The position numbers and the translations under genes are program-made. This document shows, in pieces, positions 1 through 5,194 of a stretch of 10,299 nt of DNA. Each line of letters starts with the position of its first letter. The stretch's first letter is position 1. Below the pieces are notes generated by a model. The model did not search any database. It saw only the letters and a program-made list of their open reading frames with translations, and had not been told where the DNA came from. The stretch comes from Candidatus Auribacterota bacterium (GTDB lineage: Bacteria; Auribacterota; UBA6266): the NCBI GenBank assembly GCA_023136205.1, contig JAGLRQ010000122.1, positions 1 to 10,299 on the forward strand, given 5' to 3'.

Positions 1-2
1 GT

Positions 3-293
3 GATTCCAGGCGGCTGGTATCCCTGCTTCTGGGGAGCCGGCTTTATCTGTACCGGCCTACCGCATGCAGTATATACTCAAAGAAAATTGTAAAGGAATA
101 TTGTTCTAAGTATGGGTTTCAAATACTGGATCTTTTTAATGATATTCAGGTTGTTCCTTTGGCGCGTTTGATAGGTTTTTTGCGTATACCGGCGCTTGTC
201 CGGGGGCTTAAACTTTTTGGCTTGGAAAATAAAAGTCTTAAAATGATACTTTTGACAGGATATGCGGCGCGTGTTGTTCGTGAGGATGTATAA
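3..293 (+). CDS. 3' end of an upstream CDS (5'-truncated by the window edge), function unknown
   Basis: My own translation: frame 3 is open from the window edge to TAA at 291-293 (96 sense codons, ...KKIVKEYCSKYGFQILDLFNDIQVVPLARLIGFLRIPALVRGLKLFGLENKSLKMILLTGYAARVVREDV*). Third codon positions are T-rich like the downstream genes. The stop overlaps the next start codon (TAATG, 291-295). It is absent from the supplied track because no start codon lies in the window. No family recognised. Alternative not excluded: a frame-1 reading (VIPGGWYPCFWGAGFICTGLPHAVYTQRKL*) ending at TAA 88-90, followed by a ~200-nt leader. Confidence 0.4.
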   Translation, partial: DSRRLVSLLLGSRLYLYRPTACSIYSKKIVKEYCSKYGFQILDLFNDIQVVPLARLIGFLRIPALVRGLKLFGLENKSLKMILLTGYAARVVREDV

Positions 294-1336
294 TGGCATT
301 GAAAAAAAAATATTTTAGCTCGGGTTTAAAGACAATTAGTTCGATTGTCAGAAATAGAATTACTGGGTATAAAATTCCCCTATTGGCTTATATTCTGGTA
401 ACCAATCGTTGTAATCTCAATTGTGTTTATTGTTTTTCCAATGCCAATAAAACTAAAGACCTCGATATTCCTCTGGATAGGCTCTTTAGCATAATAGACC
501 AGCTGAAAGAGTGCGGCACGATATTGATTACGATAGGAGGCGGTGAACCGTGTTTACGCGGTGACATTGGTGAAATCTGTGATTATATTCTTAAAAAAGG
601 AATGATGGTTGAAGTAGTAACCAATGGCATCAACTTCGAAAAGAATTTAGATGCTATGAAGAAAATTGATTTTTTAGCAATAAGCATAGACGGTGATGAG
701 AATGCGCATGACAAAAACAGGGGCAAGGGTTCTTTCAAAGTTGCTGTAAAGGCTCTGGAACTGGCTAAAGAACATGGTATCCATACGCGGATCCATGCCT
801 GTTTTTCCAGAAATACTGCCAATTCACTACCGGGATTAATGAAGATCAGCAAAAAATACAACTTAAAGGTCAATATAGCTGTGCCATCTCTTCATACAGA
901 TGATCCTCTTCTGGCGTTTACCGATGATGAAATAAGAGAATACTACAGTCGGATGAAAGATTATAAAAAAAATGGCTATCCTGTTTCAAATTCTTATAGC
1001 ACATTGGATTTTATCAGTAAGTGGCCGGGAGATTTCGGTTATGTATCTGAAAAGCAAGATTCTTCTTTACCCTATTTGCCCTGTAAAAGAAAAGAATTTT
1101 GTATATATATTGATGCGGATGGCTATGCCTATCCCTGTGGAGCAGTTTGGAGCAAGTACAGGTTCAATGTTTTTGAAATAGGAGTTAAAAAAGCTTTTGA
1201 AGAATTTTGTAAGGTTACGTGTACAAATTGTATTGGAGAAGCAGAATTTAATCTTTTGTTTAACGGTAGCTTGAGCAGCCTGGCAAATGTCGCGGAATTT
1301 GGATTGTGGGACAGAATAAAGGATTTCATAAAATGA
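293..1336 (+). CDS. Radical SAM enzyme with SPASM/twitch-like C-terminal auxiliary Cys domain
   Basis: 347-aa ORF with GAGGA (282-286) 6 nt upstream of ATG 293. The radical SAM CX3CX2C motif is C40/C44/C47 (nt 410-433) in VTNRCNLNCVYCFSN. GGGEP motif at aa 82-86. SIDGDENAHDKNRGKGSF is typical of this enzyme class. The C-terminal Cys array is C264-x5-C270-x6-G-x4-C282, then C306-x3-C310-x2-C313 (nt 1082-1231). Confidence 0.9.
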   Translation: MALKKKYFSSGLKTISSIVRNRITGYKIPLLAYILVTNRCNLNCVYCFSNANKTKDLDIPLDRLFSIIDQLKECGTILITIGGGEPCLRGDIGEICDYILKKGMMVEVVTNGINFEKNLDAMKKIDFLAISIDGDENAHDKNRGKGSFKVAVKALELAKEHGIHTRIHACFSRNTANSLPGLMKISKKYNLKVNIAVPSLHTDDPLLAFTDDEIREYYSRMKDYKKNGYPVSNSYSTLDFISKWPGDFGYVSEKQDSSLPYLPCKRKEFCIYIDADGYAYPCGAVWSKYRFNVFEIGVKKAFEEFCKVTCTNCIGEAEFNLLFNGSLSSLANVAEFGLWDRIKDFIK

Positions 1337-1977
1337 ATCCCTGTAAATATATTTCTCCTTTGGAATTTTCGCGTGTTGTTTTTAAGTGCGTCAGAAAAGA
1401 TGGCCGTTGCGGATACCACAAAAAAGGCCAGGAATATAGATTTTCTAATCTGACGCCTGAGGGGTTGTGTCCTGAAGCTTATCATAATCTGTATTACGCG
1501 AGTCTTGGGATTCTGTTTAACGCGAAATTTGAAGAAAAACAGTTAACTGTAAAATGTCCAGCTGAAAATAACTGGGTAGTGTTTAGAGCAGGTTTTGAAA
1601 AATTAAATCTTCGCTTTCAAATTCTTAATGTGGTGAAGCGTGTATTGCGCTGGTTATTTCCCGGGCAGATTTATCAGGGCCGTTTGTTCTGGGAAGTTAT
1701 CAAAATTAACGGGGAATGCCCCAGGGGGCATTTGATGGGCTTGCGGTTTTATATAAATATGGGTAATTTCCAGATAACCAGAAATTTATTATTCCCATTA
1801 GGCCAGGCCCGTGGGCTTTGTCCCGCGATTTTTGATAATTTTTTTCCGTATCTCTATACGTGGCGAATGAGCAAAACTGTTCCCTGTTCAAAGGGTTCTC
1901 CTTCTGTCTTAATACAGTGCCCTGATCACAAAGCTAATATTACTTTCGAAATAAAAGAAGAGGAAAATGAAGCCTGA
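1333..1977 (+). CDS. Di-domain Cys-motif protein (two TIGR04076-like domains), paralog 1
   Basis: I prefer ATG 1333 (ATGA overlap with the upstream stop, AAGGA about 10 nt upstream) over the track's GTG at 1306. This gives 214 aa. There are two copies of a module: beta-strand-like start, then Cys-x(2-4)-h-x-x-G-x-x-[FWY], then GLCP-x-[AI][YF], then x-CP near the end. Domain 1 Cys are C26/C46/C75 and domain 2 Cys are C129/C163/C196. Domain 2 (ECPRGHLMGLRF...RGLCPAIFDNFFPYL...IQCPDHKANITFEI) best fits my recollection of the ~90-aa TIGR04076 family. Confidence 0.7.
   Translation: MNPCKYISPLEFSRVVFKCVRKDGRCGYHKKGQEYRFSNLTPEGLCPEAYHNLYYASLGILFNAKFEEKQLTVKCPAENNWVVFRAGFEKLNLRFQILNVVKRVLRWLFPGQIYQGRLFWEVIKINGECPRGHLMGLRFYINMGNFQITRNLLFPLGQARGLCPAIFDNFFPYLYTWRMSKTVPCSKGSPSVLIQCPDHKANITFEIKEEENEA
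1372..1602 (+). other. Cys-motif domain copy 1 (protein-level repeat)
   Basis: RVVFKCVRKDGRCGYHKKGQEYRF...PEGLCPEAYHNLYYASL...LTVKCPAENNWVVFRAGFEK. GLCP codons verified at nt 1462-1473. Confidence 0.55.
1681..1956 (+). other. Cys-motif domain copy 2 (protein-level repeat)
   Basis: RLFWEVIKINGECPRGHLMGLRFYI...ARGLCPAIFDNFFPYLY...VLIQCPDHKANITFEIKE. GLCP codons verified at nt 1813-1824. Confidence 0.6.
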
Positions 1978-2497
1978 TTGTTATATGTTTAAAAATATTC
2001 AAATAGAAGTAAAGTCCGTTGAAGGCAGTTGTAGCGCGGGATTTTGTCTGGGGAAGTGTTTTTCTCCTGAATCAATAATTCCGAAAGGGTTATGTCCTTT
2101 TTTGTATCACGCGGCACTTCCTTATCTGGAAGCTATAGAAAATGGAGCGTTTTTTAAGCCGTCCGGGAAAAATTTTATTAAGGTACAGTGTCCGAATACT
2201 TCGGTGGGCGTATTAGTTGAGATTTTTCAGGCTGAGAAAAAAGGAACTCAAATACGTGTTAGTGTGCCACATACCAAGGATTCAAAATGTCCATGTTATG
2301 ATTTCAAAGCCGGTGATAACTGGATAGTAACGGGAAATCAAAAAAGCTTTTGCCGCCGGGCTTATGATTCTCTTTTTCCATATTTAAACGCTTTATCATC
2401 TCAGACGAAAACTGCTGCCGAAAATGTTTTGACTGTAACATGCCCTTCATATCCTGATTTTGTGACTTTTAAGGTGATAAAATTATGGGAACCTTAA
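1967..2497 (+). CDS. Di-domain Cys-motif protein (two TIGR04076-like domains), paralog 2
   Basis: 176-aa ORF. ATG 1967 is preceded by AGAGGA (1959-1964) and overlaps the upstream gene by 11 nt. The N-terminus MKPDCY mirrors MNPCKY of the preceding gene, which supports this start. It carries two copies of the same module. Domain 3 Cys are C27/C31, C43 and C75. Domain 4 Cys are C108/C110, C129 and C159. Confidence 0.7.
   Translation: MKPDCYMFKNIQIEVKSVEGSCSAGFCLGKCFSPESIIPKGLCPFLYHAALPYLEAIENGAFFKPSGKNFIKVQCPNTSVGVLVEIFQAEKKGTQIRVSVPHTKDSKCPCYDFKAGDNWIVTGNQKSFCRRAYDSLFPYLNALSSQTKTAAENVLTVTCPSYPDFVTFKVIKLWEP
1994..2230 (+). other. Cys-motif domain copy 3 (protein-level repeat)
   Basis: NIQIEVKSVEGSCSAGFCLGKCF...PKGLCPFLYHAALPYLEAI...FIKVQCPNTSVGVLVEIFQ. 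GLCP codons verified at nt 2087-2098. Confidence 0.55.
2249..2482 (+). other. Cys-motif domain copy 4 (protein-level repeat)
   Basis: QIRVSVPHTKDSKCPCYDFKAGDNWIV...QKSFCRRAYDSLFPYLNAL...VLTVTCPSYPDFVTFKVIK. Central Cys codon at nt 2351-2353. GLCP is degenerated to SFCR. Confidence 0.55.
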
Positions 2498-3921
2498 GCT
2501 ATGGAAAAACGGTGAAAAGAATAACTTTGATCAGGCCGGGAGCATATCCCGAGGGTTTAATAGTTCCGTTGGGTTTGCTATATCTTGCGGGATATTTAAT
2601 TTCCAAAGTGCAGGACATTGATATTTCCATTCTTGATGCTGCTTTGGAAGATCTGGGGCCGGAAGAAATTGCTGAGAAAACAAAAATTCTTAAGCCGGAT
2701 TTAATTGGCCTGACTGGTTTAATAGCCCATACCGGTGATATAAAAAAAACTGCTAAGTGTATTCGCAAATTACTTCCGGAAACTGTTATTGTGGGCGGCG
2801 GCCCTGCCATGTCCTCTAACCATTTAGAACTATTAAAGGAACGGGCTATTGACTTTGGAGTAATAGGGGAAGGTGAAGAAACGTTTTTTTCTCTTCTCAA
2901 GGCACTTCGTGAGGATGGCAGCCTGTCCTTGATTGATGGCCTTGTTTATCGAGGGGAGGAGGACAGGATTATTCTCAATAATAAGCGCGGGATGATTGAA
3001 GACATAGACACGCTTCCGCGTCCTGCCTATCATTTAATTAAGGTTGAGGATTATTTTAACAGTTCTAAAAGAAATTCACAGTCACCTGTGTATATTTCCA
3101 AGCGCAATTTACCTATAATGACCTCCAGGGGGTGTCCGTTCAAATGTATTTACTGTCATAATCTTTTTGGGAAGAAGTTTCGTCCACGGAGTCCTGAGAA
3201 TGTGGTAGACGAAATCATTTGGCTCAAGCGTACATACAATATGGCCGAGCTTGAGATTATTGATGATATATTTAATTTTGATAAAGAACGTGCCAAGGAA
3301 ATTATGAGGAAAATTATCGATGAGGGGCTCAATTTAAAGATATCTTTTCCCAATGGGATTAAATATGAAACGATAGATGACGAATTACTGGAGTTGTTTA
3401 AAAAGGCCGGGGTTTATCGATTGGCATTTGGAATAGAAAGCGGCAATGAAAGAGTTCAAAAAGTGTTAAGAAAGGTTGTGGACCTTTACCGAATGCGTGA
3501 GATTATTGATCAGGTGGTTAAAATGGGTTTTTTTGTCAGCGGGTTTTTTCAGTTAGGGCTTCCCGGAGAAACTAAAGAGGAAATGTTGGATACAATTAAA
3601 TACGCGGCTTCTACAAAGCTTCATACAGCGACATTCCATTTGACCATTCCCTTTCCGGGAACACAGATGCATACTGAGTATGTTAAAGGGAAATTTGAAG
3701 CATCTCATTTCGAAAGCTGCAGAGATATTAGTGTTAATGTGAGCGCGGTAAGCGATCACGTTTTATTAAAACTTAAAAGATATGCCTTGTATAAATTTTA
3801 TTTTGACATCAAAAGGATGATCAGTATTTATAAGGTTTTTCCAGTTAAAAAAAGGATATTTTCAAACTTTATAAATGTGTTATCTGAAATATGTTTTCGA
3901 AAATGGTTAATTAATACATGA
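2485..3921 (+). CDS. B12-binding domain radical SAM enzyme (class B type)
   Basis: 478-aa ORF. ATG 2485 has AAGGTGA (2471-2477) upstream and overlaps the previous gene by 13 nt. The N-terminal ~130 aa look like the cobalamin-binding Rossmann domain of class B rSAMs (ITLIRPG...PLGLLYLAGYL...KPDLIGLTG...VIVGGGPAMS...DFGVIGEGEETF). The radical SAM motif is TSRGCPFKCIYCHN, with C217/C221/C224 at nt 3133-3156. RLAFGIESGNERV also fits the radical SAM core. Confidence 0.9.
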   Translation: MGTLSYGKTVKRITLIRPGAYPEGLIVPLGLLYLAGYLISKVQDIDISILDAALEDLGPEEIAEKTKILKPDLIGLTGLIAHTGDIKKTAKCIRKLLPETVIVGGGPAMSSNHLELLKERAIDFGVIGEGEETFFSLLKALREDGSLSLIDGLVYRGEEDRIILNNKRGMIEDIDTLPRPAYHLIKVEDYFNSSKRNSQSPVYISKRNLPIMTSRGCPFKCIYCHNLFGKKFRPRSPENVVDEIIWLKRTYNMAELEIIDDIFNFDKERAKEIMRKIIDEGLNLKISFPNGIKYETIDDELLELFKKAGVYRLAFGIESGNERVQKVLRKVVDLYRMREIIDQVVKMGFFVSGFFQLGLPGETKEEMLDTIKYAASTKLHTATFHLTIPFPGTQMHTEYVKGKFEASHFESCRDISVNVSAVSDHVLLKLKRYALYKFYFDIKRMISIYKVFPVKKRIFSNFINVLSEICFRKWLINT

Positions 3922-3928
3922 TAATTCT

Positions 3929-4732
3929 ATGAAGACAATTTTAAAAGGTAAAAATGTTTTGGTTACCGGAGCCGCGCACGGGATAGGGCGCGCGCTTACT
4001 AATTTTCTGGTAAAAGAAGGGTGCCGCCTTTGCCTGGTTGATATTGACAGGCCCGGGTTGATGAAAGTGTCGGATTTGGCGAAAGAAAAAGGGCTTGAAC
4101 CGATTTTGATGATTAAAGATCTGGCCCAGCCGAATGATAGGCAATCACTTATATCTTCATTGGATGAAAAGGGTTTTTATGTTGATATTCTTATTAATAA
4201 TGTTGGTGTAGGGTTCTGGCGCTATTTCCAGGATACGCCCTGGGAGAAACTTGACCAGATTATAGAGACAAACATTAAATGTATGACCCATCTAACGAAA
4301 CTGGTGTTACCCGGCATGCTGGTCAGGAATGAAGGGTATATTGTCAACCTGTCATCAACAGCGTCATTTATTGGGGCGCCTAACGCGGCTTGTTATTCGG
4401 CAACAAAAGCGTATATAAGTATTTTTAGTGAAACCCTTAATATGGAACTGAAAAAAACCAGGGTCAAAGTGATATGCGTATTTCCGGGAGCAACTGATAC
4501 CCCTTTCTGGAAATACGCTATGATGGATAACAGCAAATATAGCAGAGATATTCGCAGAATGACTGCCGAAGAAGTTGCTGAAGAAACTGTCGCGGCAATA
4601 AGAGCAGGCAAAGCTATTATAATTCCGGGGGCCAGAAACAGGTTGAATATGGTGATTGTGAAATTTTTGCCGCGTAAACTGTTAAAAAAAATTGCCTTGA
4701 ATCGTTTCAACGGCATAAACATAAAAAAATAA
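3929..4732 (+). CDS. Short-chain dehydrogenase/reductase (classical SDR) family oxidoreductase
   Basis: 267-aa ORF, 7 nt after the previous stop. TGxxxGIG cofactor motif (VLVTGAAHGIG, nt 3965-3988). NNVG (NNAG-type) motif. Catalytic Ser in NLSSTAS. YSATK with Y156/K160 (nt 4394-4408). PGATDTPF (PG motif). Confidence 0.9.
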   Translation: MKTILKGKNVLVTGAAHGIGRALTNFLVKEGCRLCLVDIDRPGLMKVSDLAKEKGLEPILMIKDLAQPNDRQSLISSLDEKGFYVDILINNVGVGFWRYFQDTPWEKLDQIIETNIKCMTHLTKLVLPGMLVRNEGYIVNLSSTASFIGAPNAACYSATKAYISIFSETLNMELKKTRVKVICVFPGATDTPFWKYAMMDNSKYSRDIRRMTAEEVAEETVAAIRAGKAIIIPGARNRLNMVIVKFLPRKLLKKIALNRFNGINIKK

Positions 4733-4747
4733 AGGCTTAAAATAAAG

Positions 4748-5188
4748 ATGAAGATTAGTCAACACATAATAAGTTCTTTACCTCTCGCGGGTGTATATTA
4801 TCTTATTACTAAAAATTTGCCGGCTGCTTTTTTGGTAGTTATTTCTACAATTGCTGTTGATATCGATCATGTCCTGGATTATGTTATTACACAGAAACGA
4901 ATAGATTCAATAAAAAATATGACAAAGGCTTTTGAAACATTTGACATTGTACACAAAAACTATCTTTTACTGCATTCCTGGGAGGCACTTGTTCTATTTG
5001 CTGTCTGTTTGTTCTTTTTCCCCAATCCGTATCTAATCGCGATTTTTACGGGGTATATGGTCCATCTTTTATGTGACCAGGTATTTAATTCCCATTTCTT
5101 AGGTAAATATAATACCAAATCGTTGTTCTACTTTTTTCTCTATCGGCTTCATATGAATTTTGATGTGTTGCCGATGAGAAAGGGGTAA
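4748..5188 (+). CDS. Small polytopic membrane protein, tentatively DUF457/YdjM-like membrane-bound metal-dependent hydrolase
   Basis: 146-aa ORF, 15 nt after the SDR stop. It has about four hydrophobic helices. His/Asp-containing motifs sit where the YdjM family has them: SQHIISS near the N-terminus, AVDIDHVLDY, LLLHSWEAL and GYMVHLLCDQ. The assignment is from memory of the family pattern only. Confidence 0.5.
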   Translation: MKISQHIISSLPLAGVYYLITKNLPAAFLVVISTIAVDIDHVLDYVITQKRIDSIKNMTKAFETFDIVHKNYLLLHSWEALVLFAVCLFFFPNPYLIAIFTGYMVHLLCDQVFNSHFLGKYNTKSLFYFFLYRLHMNFDVLPMRKG

Positions 5189-5194
5189 AAACAT

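Noticed and set aside
1-90. Frame-1 reading VIPGGWYPCFWGAGFICTGLPHAVYTQRKL* as the end of the upstream gene
   Set aside because: Not fully excluded. It has C-ending codons unlike the rest of the window and would leave about 200 nt in which frame 3 happens to stay open. Frame 3 runs the whole 291 nt and ends in a TAATG overlap, so I annotated that frame at low confidence.
252-294. Perfect TTGACA (252-257) and perfect TATAAT (289-294) upstream of the first rSAM gene
   Set aside because: The hexamers are 31 nt apart, far from the 16-18 nt spacing a sigma70 promoter needs. The TATAAT also spans the stop/start overlap. A weaker TTGGAA (222-227), 17-nt spacer and GATACT (245-250) combination exists but is unremarkable in AT-rich DNA.
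78-299. 73-aa minus-strand ORF at the left edge
   Set aside because: The product is a K/R/Q/T-rich low-complexity string with no recognisable motif. It would overlap the start codon and Shine-Dalgarno sequence of the rSAM gene. It is in exact antisense codon register with the open + frame 3, a register that often stays open opposite real genes.
1306-1332. GTG 1306 as the start of the first Cys-domain gene, as in the ORF track
   Set aside because: ATG 1333 gives the common ATGA stop/start overlap, has AAGGA upstream and yields an N-terminus (MNPCKY) matching its paralog (MKPDCY). The GTG start would add 9 residues overlapping the rSAM C-terminus with no support.
293-3921. Classical RiPP cluster (short leader-core precursor plus RRE-bearing maturase)
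   Set aside because: No unannotated gap is large enough for a precursor gene, and there is no PqqD-like RRE domain or ORF. No protease or exporter is visible in the window. The Cys-bearing ORFs are 176-214 aa with repeated folded-domain character. I keep only the weaker idea of a protein substrate or partner.
583-4722. Minus-strand ORFs 583-873, 1129-1485, 1706-1891, 2499-2900, 2833-3033, 3156-3353, 3553-3759, 3941-4144, 4393-4722
   Set aside because: All lie entirely inside + strand genes with strong motif support. Their products are low-complexity or hydrophobic antisense artefacts with no motifs.
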